Virus record (IMG/VR): IMGVR_UViG_3300044568_003163
Location: 230,035 to 294,034 of that record
Reading direction: 5' to 3' (one strand)
Length of the DNA stretch: 64,000 nucleotides
The position numbers and the translations under genes are program-made. This document shows positions 1 to 7,986 of the stretch, piece by piece; within the stretch, counting starts at the first letter, position 1; every line of letters starts with the position of its first letter. Below the pieces are notes generated by a model, which saw only the letters and a program-made list of their open reading frames with translations, had not been told where the DNA came from and did no database searches.

Positions 1-590
1 AGAGACAAAGAATCTACGATTCGGTTTGGTGATAATTTAGCTCGATATAAAATTTCGGCTTTGATGTAATTGCCTATACCACCTATCAATCCTTGATTCA
101 TTAGTACTTCTGGCAAAGTTTTATTTTTATATTTCATTAGACGAGTTTTAAATAAATCGTCTGAAATTTCATCGGCTAAATGATTAGGTCCTATCGAAGA
201 TTTTTTCTTTGTAGTTTCTACTTCGCTATCGACAAATTTCATTGTGCCAAAATTACGAGCATCAGTAAAGAAAACTGATCCATTAGCAGTTTTAAATTCG
301 ACATGTCCATGCTTTGAATGTTGGTATCGCCATCCACCTGACATTCCTAGAGTATTCCAAACCCACCATTTCTTGCCAGTCTTTCCGGTAAATTCAAATA
401 CTATGAGTTTACCGCAAAATTCAACTTTATCTACGTTTGCAGGTAAGTCTTCTTGGAATTGGTCTAAGCCAACAGGATTACCATGCTTAGCATATCGACC
501 AGAGTGAACTATTACTTCATTTAATTGTTTTCCTTGAATTGCGCTATTTAATGATAATGCAGTTCTTGCTACTTCTGGTAATTCTGGCAT
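1..590 (-). CDS. mutM: Formamidopyrimidine-DNA glycosylase (Fpg/Nei family), C-terminus runs off the window
   Basis: Not in the ORF track. Manual translation from ATG at 590 gives MPELPEVART (catalytic Pro2/Glu3 motif), then LGMSG, FTDARNFG and the H2TH motif GIGNYIKAEILY. Confidence 0.9.
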   Translation of the reverse strand, partial: MPELPEVARTALSLNSAIQGKQLNEVIVHSGRYAKHGNPVGLDQFQEDLPANVDKVEFCGKLIVFEFTGKTGKKWWVWNTLGMSGGWRYQHSKHGHVEFKTANGSVFFTDARNFGTMKFVDSEVETTKKKSSIGPNHLADEISDDLFKTRLMKYKNKTLPEVLMNQGLIGGIGNYIKAEILYRAKLSPNRIVDSLS

Positions 591-594
591 ATTT

Positions 595-906
595 TTAAAG
601 TTTATCGTATTCTGTTAAATTTAATTCAGTTCCATCAGCGCATTTAGCTACAACAAATTCACCAATTCCGGTAACCATAAATTCTACTGAAAAATGACCA
701 CCTATAGCACCGATATATTTTAGTTTTTTAGTTCTTTGCCAAGCAACAAACTTAGCATTTTGTTCAGGCGACAAATAGAAATTTCTTTCAGTTTCGATTT
801 CATCAATTACTTCTGGCAAACATTTTTCACTACAAGTTTTACCATTGCATAAAGTGCAACTATTTGTTCGACCAGTTTTCTTGAAGAGATTCAGTATTTT
901 TAGCAT
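595..906 (-). CDS. Hypothetical protein with Cys cluster
   Basis: ORF in the co-oriented array; contains CTLCNGKTCSEKC; overlaps the upstream ORF by 47 nt. Confidence 0.55.
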   Translation of the reverse strand: MLKILNLFKKTGRTNSCTLCNGKTCSEKCLPEVIDEIETERNFYLSPEQNAKFVAWQRTKKLKYIGAIGGHFSVEFMVTGIGEFVVAKCADGTELNLTEYDKL

Positions 907-1078
907 TTGAATTTCGTTTTTCGTTTAAGAATCTTTTTTGTTCTAATACTAATTTCTTTTCTTCGATTTTATTAGATTCAGTCATAGCTTCGGCTAGTCT
1001 TTCTAGCGCATCGGCTAATTTAGGAATGTCCATTTCTAAGAACTTTTTTCCTGCTCGGGTTTTTGCAAAGTCTTCCAT
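860..1078 (-). CDS. Small hypothetical coiled-coil protein
   Basis: 72 aa ORF abutting its neighbours; charged helical composition. Confidence 0.55.
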   Translation of the reverse strand: MEDFAKTRAGKKFLEMDIPKLADALERLAEAMTESNKIEEKKLVLEQKRFLNEKRNSNAKNTESLQENWSNK

Positions 1079-1079
1079 A

Positions 1080-1349
1080 TTAATTTGTGTATTTTTTTAT
1101 TTTATTTACGAGACTAGTATATGAGAAATAGATTATATGAAAAGGAATGTAAATAGGCCAAGCAAAAGACCACGAAATATAGGCTTCTGCATTGCTATCA
1201 TAATCATCGTAATCGGAATAGCCTCGAATTCTGTTAGAATCATATTTGTCAAATCCAAATTTCTTACCAAAGGTAATTAAAAATCCAAGCATCGAAACAT
1301 ATCCTAAAATATAGATGCCAACTATAATTGCTAAATTTACGTAATTCAT
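1080..1349 (-). CDS. Small membrane protein
   Basis: Two hydrophobic segments; start moved to ATG 1349, which forms an ATGA overlap with the upstream stop at 1346-1348. Confidence 0.6.
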   Translation of the reverse strand: MNYVNLAIIVGIYILGYVSMLGFLITFGKKFGFDKYDSNRIRGYSDYDDYDSNAEAYISWSFAWPIYIPFHIIYFSYTSLVNKIKKYTN

Positions 1350-1741
1350 TGTTCTATTTTTGTTAATTCCCAGCAAACATCGGTTAAGAACCTATGATTT
1401 TCCGGTAGTTTTAATAATTCGTTTTTATGTAGTATACAATGTTTTTTTGCTTCTTCGAGCAAATTAGAGTTAGTCCATCGATCAATTAAATCGTAATGAT
1501 TGAGATATGCCAATCTAACAAGCTCATTATAATCTTCGTTTCGTAAATAACCTTTGAGTGGCATAATTGGACCAACACAGGTATTCCATTTGAATTTTCT
1601 ACCGTCGTAAGTAATCCAATAGTAATCCATATCATCTTCACCAACTGCTACTAATCTTTGAATTTCCCAACAACCATTAATAACGAATTGACCTTTTAGT
1701 TCTTCAAACTTCCGAATGATGAGTGTTTTATTATCTTCCAT
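1346..1741 (-). CDS. Hypothetical protein
   Basis: ORF track; likely start MEDNK at 1741, immediately after the upstream stop at 1743-1745. Confidence 0.6.
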   Translation of the reverse strand: MEDNKTLIIRKFEELKGQFVINGCWEIQRLVAVGEDDMDYYWITYDGRKFKWNTCVGPIMPLKGYLRNEDYNELVRLAYLNHYDLIDRWTNSNLLEEAKKHCILHKNELLKLPENHRFLTDVCWELTKIEQ

Positions 1742-1742
1742 C

Positions 1743-1979
1743 TTATACTTTAAATAATTTATAAAAAACGCTTCTATCAATACGTTTACTTAGATAAGCT
1801 GCATTTATTGCAGGAAAACCTGTAATCCCTTCAGACTCGATGATGGCATAAACTTCTTTATCCCACTGTGAGATTTCTAAGTCTGTCATTTTGTTCATCC
1901 ATTCCTCATCAAAATCTTCTCGGATGATAGGACGTTTGATTAATTCTGGAATGGTTATTGAGTATGTAATGTTATTCAT
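1743..1979 (-). CDS. Hypothetical protein
   Basis: ORF track; likely start MNNIT at 1979, overlapping the upstream stop at 1972-1974. Confidence 0.55.
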   Translation of the reverse strand: MNNITYSITIPELIKRPIIREDFDEEWMNKMTDLEISQWDKEVYAIIESEGITGFPAINAAYLSKRIDRSVFYKLFKV

Positions 1980-2325
1980 ATCGATAGATTGCAGTTTTGT
2001 CTTTATATGTGAGCGTATAGAAGTTTTTTGGTGTAGTTTCTTTAGCAATCTCTTCTACAATATAAAGATTTTCTAATTCAACATCGGTATTTCTCATAAC
2101 CCATTGAACTTGCTCTTCCCATGTCATTGCTTGTTTTCCTAAAATAACATTGTGCTTCTTACCAAAATATTCCGGTTGTATTTTGCACATATAAGCGAAT
2201 TCACTCTCGGAAAGCATTCGCATTAGGTATGGTCCTCCAAAGGGTGGATTTTCTAAATTCCATTCAATCACATAATCTTTATATGCTTCTTCAAATAAAA
2301 TATCAAGTTCAGTTTTAGTATTCAT
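1972..2325 (-). CDS. Hypothetical protein
   Basis: 117 aa ORF with a short overlap to its neighbour. Confidence 0.6.
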   Translation of the reverse strand: MNTKTELDILFEEAYKDYVIEWNLENPPFGGPYLMRMLSESEFAYMCKIQPEYFGKKHNVILGKQAMTWEEQVQWVMRNTDVELENLYIVEEIAKETTPKNFYTLTYKDKTAIYRYE

Positions 2326-2689
2326 TTACTTCTAAATTAAATTTTTCAAATATTTTTAAGGCTTCTTCAATGGTAACTTTTATCCAAATGAAAACTTCAC
2401 CATAGGCATTTTCACCTATATTACAGCCACCAAATTCCCAATAATCATCTTCTCTGCTCACATAAGAAGCATTTCGAAAGGAAACTACCCAATGAGGTTT
2501 GTTTGCTTCTATAATATTATATGCTTCTTCGTAGGTTAAGTCACTTGGTTGTCTTTGCCAAACCGAAGGATGCTTTGCAGTTCCTTTCTCATCAACCCAA
2601 AAGTCAAAAGATTTACTCAGTGCATAATCAAAAATCTCCTTAGGGTTGCTAGGGAGATTCTTTATATTTGCATGTTTATAGTGTGACAT
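2315..2689 (-). CDS. Hypothetical protein
   Basis: 124 aa ORF starting 1 nt after the RNase H stop. Confidence 0.65.
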   Translation of the reverse strand: MSHYKHANIKNLPSNPKEIFDYALSKSFDFWVDEKGTAKHPSVWQRQPSDLTYEEAYNIIEANKPHWVVSFRNASYVSREDDYWEFGGCNIGENAYGEVFIWIKVTIEEALKIFEKFNLEVNEY

Positions 2690-2690
2690 A

Positions 2691-3959
2691 TTATTTCATT
2701 AGGTCTTCCCAAAATGATGGATTGAATCCATCACCTGCCGGAGTTGAAGTTATTACTACATCCTTATTTACCATTGGATCGGCTTTTGGCATTGCCGAAC
2801 GGAAAATTCCAGATTCATTAAATGATTCGGCTTTTTCTTTTGTGTATGTGGTACCTTCAAGAATTTTATCTTTGCTCATAAGCGAATGTAAAGCCATTGC
2901 AGAAAACGAACTTAATGGAATAGATTCGATGTGTTCGAACATATCGCTAATAACCTTTTCCGGAATGCAACGTTTATGTAGCATCATTAAATCTCGATTC
3001 AATAACCAACGTTCTTTGATTTCGGCTAATGGTTTGTCGATTTTAATTACTCGTTGAGCAATTGAAACGATTTGGTCGATATATTCTTCGTTAAAGAAAT
3101 GTGATTGATTGATGTAAATTTTATCATCTTTAAATTCGGACATAATTGCAGCAGCATGAGTATCAGTTACTTTGAATGTGCGTTCTTTACCAGATTTATC
3201 AGTTTTAATTGTAGTGTGTAATGGTGGAACGTTATCGCCTGAATCGCCTACTAAGATTTTTCTAAAGACAAATTCATTGACATTGACTTCGTCTAATTTC
3301 ATTTTATTTAAGCGTACAATATCCTTAAGGTGAGATTTTGCATTTGATACAATATCCTTAGGTAAGTTAAAGATATCGGTAGGCATTTCTTCGACTTCAA
3401 TCCATTGTTTAAATCCTGGAAAAACATGAAGGTCTTTGTCGAATTTATTGTAATAAACAGTATTTGCACCTGATGAATTGTCCTTATTTACTAATTGAAG
3501 TAAATCATTATCGCCTGAGATAATTAAAGCATTTTGACCATTTTGATTTAAGTAAGAAGACCAAGCAAATATTAAATCATCGGCTTCGGCACCTTTAACT
3601 CGAGAAATAATAACACCTAGTTTTTCAAGTGCTTTAGCAAATTCATCGTGAACTTCATAAATCATAGACCAATTGATTTCATTGGTTTTGATGCGATTTG
3701 CTTTGTATTCGGCAGCTGGATGATAAGATTTACGCCATGAGCTTGAATCGACGGTATATACGATTCGATGAGTAATTCCTTCGAAACGTTTTATTTCGGC
3801 AGCAAAATCGACAGCTAATTTCCATAGCAATAGATTTTTATCTTCTTCAGGTTCGTCAATAAAATTAAAAGGTTTTCCTTGTTTAATTTTTTGACCGATA
3901 TGAAAAGTTTTATGAAGCCAAAAATTGGCATCGAATTCCAAGGTATATTTACCTGTCAT
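2691..3959 (-). CDS. rnh: T4-like RNase H / 5'-3' flap exonuclease
   Basis: FEN-1 family acidic motifs FDAN, VDSSSWRK, EADD, SGDNDLLQL and GDSGDNVP. Start moved to MTGKY (3959) because a promoter motif lies in the track's extra N-terminus. Confidence 0.88.
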   Translation of the reverse strand: MTGKYTLEFDANFWLHKTFHIGQKIKQGKPFNFIDEPEEDKNLLLWKLAVDFAAEIKRFEGITHRIVYTVDSSSWRKSYHPAAEYKANRIKTNEINWSMIYEVHDEFAKALEKLGVIISRVKGAEADDLIFAWSSYLNQNGQNALIISGDNDLLQLVNKDNSSGANTVYYNKFDKDLHVFPGFKQWIEVEEMPTDIFNLPKDIVSNAKSHLKDIVRLNKMKLDEVNVNEFVFRKILVGDSGDNVPPLHTTIKTDKSGKERTFKVTDTHAAAIMSEFKDDKIYINQSHFFNEEYIDQIVSIAQRVIKIDKPLAEIKERWLLNRDLMMLHKRCIPEKVISDMFEHIESIPLSSFSAMALHSLMSKDKILEGTTYTKEKAESFNESGIFRSAMPKADPMVNKDVVITSTPAGDGFNPSFWEDLMK

Positions 3960-3980
3960 AATGATTTTGTTTAATGTGTT

Positions 3981-3992
3981 ATACAAATATAA
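3981..3992 (-). promoter_or_regulatory. Bacteroidota-type sigma70 -7 element (TATATTTG), putative early promoter
   Basis: Minus strand reads TTATATTTGTAT, matching the TAnnTTTG consensus, about 25 nt upstream of rnh. Confidence 0.55.
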
Positions 3993-4033
3993 CAAAATTA
4001 AGTGTTATATAAAAATGTTTTAATGGAAAGTTA

Positions 4034-4519
4034 TTAACAAATAACAACTGCTCTAGTTCGTGTAGAGTTTACTAAACGATAGGTTAAGTCAATATAAATA
4101 GCTCCAGTATCTCCATTTATGTTTACAATATAATCAGTAGGTCTAATTAATTCCCAGAAGATCGAAGTATTTTCTTCGGTTTCAGGATCTATGAACGCGG
4201 AATTAACTCTCCATAATTGAATTTGAACATCCGCTAAGGAAGGAGCCATCCTTCTACCGATTAAAAATCCTGGAGTATATAGAGATATTTCTGCCGCTTC
4301 GATTATAAGTCTTTGATTTCCTGCAGAAATCCATTCCTTAATAAATTTTGATGTTGCTGCAGTGGATCCAGTAGGTCCAGTAATTCCAGGTAATCCATTT
4401 ATACCGGTTGCTCCTTGCGGACCAGTAGGTCCTTCTGATGATGGTAAGTATACCGGATTTCCAAAAAAATCTACTAGGATTCCATTTATTAAATATACTT
4501 GTTGACTACTTGTAGGCAT
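4034..4519 (-). CDS. Putative virion protein with short collagen-like segment
   Basis: G-X-Y run GPTGPQGATGINGLPGITGPTGS; preceded by late-motif variant GATAGATATAA at 4532-4542. Confidence 0.6.
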   Translation of the reverse strand: MPTSSQQVYLINGILVDFFGNPVYLPSSEGPTGPQGATGINGLPGITGPTGSTAATSKFIKEWISAGNQRLIIEAAEISLYTPGFLIGRRMAPSLADVQIQLWRVNSAFIDPETEENTSIFWELIRPTDYIVNINGDTGAIYIDLTYRLVNSTRTRAVVIC

Positions 4520-4542
4520 ATGTTTCTTTTCTTATATCTATC

Positions 4543-5496
4543 TTACGAACGAACTATATGCTGAATTTTATAAACTAATGAAAGCATACAAATTACCGGA
4601 TCGATAACAAATCGAAGTTCATATGAATGTCGATTAACTTCATAACATATTTCACCGGCTTTTCTCATTAATTGAGGACGTTCTAATTGAATGTATTCGA
4701 TGAAATCTGTACCTAAAGATTGAACCACATCATCGACTTTTGATGAGTAATTAGAAACTAAGTATTGATAGTTTTTAACTTCATCATTTGAAGGATTGAA
4801 GATGTGTTCGTAAAGGTCTTTGAAAACTCCGTGGAATTTTTTGACATCTTCGGCAGTAATTTTAGTTTTGCCTTCAGCATGATAACCTTGTAAGATATTG
4901 ATAATTGAACGCAAATCTGGAAACTTACGCTTAACTAATTCAACTAAAGCTTCTTTCTCAATATCCATACCTTCGGTTTTGATGATATCGTAAACTCGCT
5001 TATAGTATTTCTTTTCAATTTCAGCTTCTTCCTCTTCGGAGAAATCAAAATTAAAGCATTCAAAACGAGATTGAATGTTGTCTGGAATTTTATTGATGTA
5101 ATTGCAGGTAGCAATAAAACGAGCAGTTTTTTCAAATTGTTCAATTGTGCCACGTAAAGCTTTCATGTATGCATCAGAGACACCATCGAACTCATCTAAT
5201 ATAACCACTTTTAATTTTCTTTCGCCATCAATAACAGATAACGTAGAACAGAATTCAGATATTTTTGTACGAACAGTATCTACACCGGTTTCAACTGAAC
5301 AGTTGATGTACATAGTTGGATTATCTTTTGAAATAGCTTTTGCAGTCGATGTTTTACCTGTGCCTGGAGAACTATGAAATAAGAAATTCATATACAAACC
5401 ATTTCTAAGTTTGGTTGCAATTCTTTCAGGTAATATCAATTCATCTAATGTGGATGGACGATATCTTTCGGTCCATAGAGCTTTTTTAGGATTCAT
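4543..5496 (-). CDS. gp44: Clamp loader large subunit (gp44/RFC-like AAA+)
   Basis: LWTERYRP N-terminus, Walker A SSPGTGKT, Walker B ILDEFD, ATCNY and QSRF sensor motifs. Confidence 0.93.
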   Translation of the reverse strand: MNPKKALWTERYRPSTLDELILPERIATKLRNGLYMNFLFHSSPGTGKTSTAKAISKDNPTMYINCSVETGVDTVRTKISEFCSTLSVIDGERKLKVVILDEFDGVSDAYMKALRGTIEQFEKTARFIATCNYINKIPDNIQSRFECFNFDFSEEEEAEIEKKYYKRVYDIIKTEGMDIEKEALVELVKRKFPDLRSIINILQGYHAEGKTKITAEDVKKFHGVFKDLYEHIFNPSNDEVKNYQYLVSNYSSKVDDVVQSLGTDFIEYIQLERPQLMRKAGEICYEVNRHSYELRFVIDPVICMLSLVYKIQHIVRS

Positions 5497-5549
5497 ATAA
5501 ATAGTTTAGAGTTATTATATGATAGTAATCCTAAAAGGTATTAACAAAT

Positions 5550-5951
5550 TTATGAGTTCAGCTCTTGTAAAACTTCCTTAAGATTTCTAGCAGTTCGATC
5601 ATTGTATTTTTGTTGAGAGATTCTATCTCTTTTTTCAATTACTCTATTGAAAAGAGCTTTGACTTCGTCCACTTTTTTCTCTGGTAAATCTACATGATAG
5701 GAAAATTTACCATTTTGAAGAATAATGAATTTGTCGAAAATTTGAACATAGTATTTTGAAGTTTCTACCGTGTATTTTTTCTTGTCGAAGATATAACGTA
5801 AAGCAGTATTAGGTTCACAAATCAATTTATTGACGATCCGCAAACAATCAATTTGTTTATCTTCGGTTAATTCATTATTAGAAACCGTTAATAATTTTAC
5901 AATTTTTCTCTTTACTCTTCGTGCTCTTACTTGTAATCTTACCGGTCTCAT
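5550..5951 (-). CDS. Hypothetical basic protein
   Basis: 133 aa ORF whose start overlaps the upstream stop by 1 nt. Confidence 0.6.
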   Translation of the reverse strand: MRPVRLQVRARRVKRKIVKLLTVSNNELTEDKQIDCLRIVNKLICEPNTALRYIFDKKKYTVETSKYYVQIFDKFIILQNGKFSYHVDLPEKKVDEVKALFNRVIEKRDRISQQKYNDRTARNLKEVLQELNS

Positions 5952-6145
5952 TATTTGTTAATTTTTTCAAATGAGCAAAATAATAAGAAAGCACCTATCA
6001 AAGTAGTGCACATTGCAGTTGCAAGTTCATTAAGGGTACCAGCGAACGGTATGTATTTTTGAGCGGTTCCAGTTAATAAGGAATATGTAACCCAAAACGC
6101 GATTAATGAACCTAAGGCCGGAAAGATGTTGATGGTGATTTTCAT
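5951..6145 (-). CDS. Small membrane protein
   Basis: 64 aa with two hydrophobic helices; directly behind a conserved upstream motif. Confidence 0.65.
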   Translation of the reverse strand: MKITINIFPALGSLIAFWVTYSLLTGTAQKYIPFAGTLNELATAMCTTLIGAFLLFCSFEKINK

Positions 6146-6153
6146 AGTTCTTT

Positions 6154-6178
6154 GTTTTAATTAGATATGTAAATATAA
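6154..6178 (-). promoter_or_regulatory. Putative early promoter block, copy 1
   Basis: TTATATTTACATATCTAATTAAAAC; near-identical copies at 6715-6739 and 7267-7291, each 8 nt upstream of an ATG. Confidence 0.65.
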
Positions 6179-6229
6179 TCAATATTGCGGAAACTAAAAA
6201 ACTTTAAATGTTAAAAATCTGTTAAAGTT

Positions 6230-6706
6230 TTATGCAGCCTTTTCATATTGGAACAATGCTTTACCCCATATAGGAGCAATTTTCTGGGCAATTCTCTTAC
6301 CGTAAGCTGAGTACAAAATACCTTGATTCCAAAGAAAGTGCTCATAATCATAACCGTATTGTTCTACCGCTCCTTCAGCGATCCAACGTAAGGCAGTAAT
6401 CTCATCATTAGCACCCATTTGGATAGTATTAGTAATAAGGGTTTGGAAGGCTTTATCAGCTTCAAATTCAGCAGCCAATTCCTCTTCACGATTATCAGCA
6501 CAAACCTGTTCGAAACGATCAAAATCAGCCTCTAACTCCTCAGTGGTTAATGCATGTACATTAATAGTACGAGGACGGAAACCATAAGCATCTTTATGGA
6601 AATCCGAATATAAGAGAAGCATATTCTCTCGATGAGACAACTCATAGTTATGAGCTAATTTAGATTCAAGTTCTTTTTGTTCGTGGATTTGTGATTCTGT
6701 CATCAT
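6230..6706 (-). CDS. Phage hypothetical protein (YSDFHKDAYGFRPR motif)
   Basis: 158 aa ORF; motif recalled from T4-like phage hypotheticals; has its own promoter block. Confidence 0.7.
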   Translation of the reverse strand: MMTESQIHEQKELESKLAHNYELSHRENMLLLYSDFHKDAYGFRPRTINVHALTTEELEADFDRFEQVCADNREEELAAEFEADKAFQTLITNTIQMGANDEITALRWIAEGAVEQYGYDYEHFLWNQGILYSAYGKRIAQKIAPIWGKALFQYEKAA

Positions 6707-6714
6707 AATGTGTA

Positions 6715-6739
6715 GTTTTAATTAGATATGTAAATTTAA
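6715..6739 (-). promoter_or_regulatory. Putative early promoter block, copy 2
   Basis: TTAAATTTACATATCTAATTAAAAC; one mismatch to copy 1. Confidence 0.65.
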
Positions 6740-6788
6740 TCAAATAATTAGAAACAAGGAAATTTATTTCAATAAAGTTATTAACAAT

Positions 6789-6962
6789 TTATAGACACCA
6801 TTTTATGCTTTTAACTTCGGATTCATACGAAAGCCTATATTCAAGTTCTTTCCAAATCTTAGTAAGTGAAGGACATTTGCAATACTTAGTAGCAATAAGT
6901 GTTTCTACGTTGTTTATTGTAATGTAAAAATTCCAATTTTTAGGTTCGTTAAATCCTTTCAT
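6789..6962 (-). CDS. Small hypothetical protein (57 aa) missed by the ORF track
   Basis: Manual translation MKGFNEPKNWNFYITINNVETLIATKYCKCPSLTKIWKELEYRLSYESEVKSIKWCL*; fills the gap and starts 5 nt after the upstream stop. Confidence 0.6.
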   Translation of the reverse strand: MKGFNEPKNWNFYITINNVETLIATKYCKCPSLTKIWKELEYRLSYESEVKSIKWCL

Positions 6963-6967
6963 AATAC

Positions 6968-7258
6968 TTAGTATATGTAGTTAAGAGCAATATTCATAGA
7001 AGTTGAATTGAAATCTGATGGTATTGGTTTGATTACTTCCCAAACTCCATATTTAACGTTTTTGATAAATTCTAATCTTCGTAAATTTGATAGATATTGA
7101 CGAGTACGATATCCAGGATTATTGTTCCATCTCTTCCAATTAGTAACATTTTCGATACCAGTGGTATGTTCGATTAAATCTGATACCTTAAATTGTTGAC
7201 CGTTACGTTCGTTTAAAAATGTTTTAACTGACGTGAATAATGAATTTTGATTTGACAT
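6968..7258 (-). CDS. Hypothetical protein, possible winged-helix DNA-binding domain
   Basis: 96 aa; RTRQYLSNLRRLEFIKNVKYGVWEV resembles a recognition helix plus wing. Confidence 0.55.
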   Translation of the reverse strand: MSNQNSLFTSVKTFLNERNGQQFKVSDLIEHTTGIENVTNWKRWNNNPGYRTRQYLSNLRRLEFIKNVKYGVWEVIKPIPSDFNSTSMNIALNYIY

Positions 7259-7266
7259 AATGTGTA

Positions 7267-7291
7267 GTTTTAATTAGTTATGTAAATATAA
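7267..7291 (-). promoter_or_regulatory. Putative early promoter block, copy 3
   Basis: TTATATTTACATAACTAATTAAAAC; one mismatch to copy 1. Confidence 0.65.
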
Positions 7292-7293
7292 GC

Positions 7294-7323
7294 AAAAAAT
7301 CCGACACTAGGAAATGTCGGATT
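7294..7323 (-). terminator. Rho-independent terminator
   Basis: 9-bp stem AATCCGACA/TGTCGGATT with an 8-nt loop and T-run on the minus strand, 27 nt after the stop of 7351..7578. Confidence 0.75.
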
Positions 7324-7350
7324 AATTATTTTCAAAAAGTTATTAACAAT

Positions 7351-7578
7351 TTATTGTTCGTTAGTAAAGAATTTTGTTACTTGGTCTAAGTTTTCGTTTG
7401 CTACTGAGATGTGGTCTTCTGCCCAATCATGTCCATTCTTTAAGATTTCGTCCATTTTAATAGGATCCATAGCTAAAAGAATTTCAACATTTCTTTTGAT
7501 GGTTTTAAGATTTCCAATTGTCATATAGTTTTCAGCCTTTTCGTTTACAAATTCACTGAATGTAGGTAAGTGTTCCAT
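7351..7578 (-). CDS. Putative internal head protein (CTS-like N-terminus)
   Basis: Starts MEHLPTFSEFVNE. Confidence 0.65.
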   Translation of the reverse strand: MEHLPTFSEFVNEKAENYMTIGNLKTIKRNVEILLAMDPIKMDEILKNGHDWAEDHISVANENLDQVTKFFTNEQ

Positions 7579-7986
7579 TTACTTCAATAATTTTCTAATA
7601 TTTTCAATAACTATTGATCGATGATTGATAACTGCCTGAGCTTCTTTAGGATGTCTTTGCATAAGTTTTATCGTTTCTCTTGCCCAATTTTCTATTTCCT
7701 TTGTTAGCTCAAGAGTTTTAGGCCAGGTTGAATCGTTAACGACATCAAAATCTGGATTACCTTCTAGTGATTCAATTCCAGTTTCTACGCTTTTATCGAT
7801 GTTCGACCAATATCCACCTCCTTTAGAACTTATGATAGTTCCAACTGATACTTTTACTTTTCTAGTTCCTCTGATATTTTTAACTTCAGTGTCTTTATTA
7901 GCAATATATACATTCCAATATTCTCCACCTTTATCTAAAAATGTAGATTCATTTAAGAATTCTTCGTATGTAGGTAGTTTACTCAT
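7579..7986 (-). CDS. Putative internal head protein (CTS-like N-terminus)
   Basis: Starts MSKLPTYEEFLNE. Confidence 0.65.
   Translation of the reverse strand: MSKLPTYEEFLNESTFLDKGGEYWNVYIANKDTEVKNIRGTRKVKVSVGTIISSKGGGYWSNIDKSVETGIESLEGNPDFDVVNDSTWPKTLELTKEIENWARETIKLMQRHPKEAQAVINHRSIVIENIRKLLK

Noticed and set aside
4030-7349. TTATTAACA as DnaA boxes marking a replication origin
   Set aside because: Only three dispersed copies, mismatching the DnaA consensus, with no clustered boxes or unwinding element; their position fits promoter association better.
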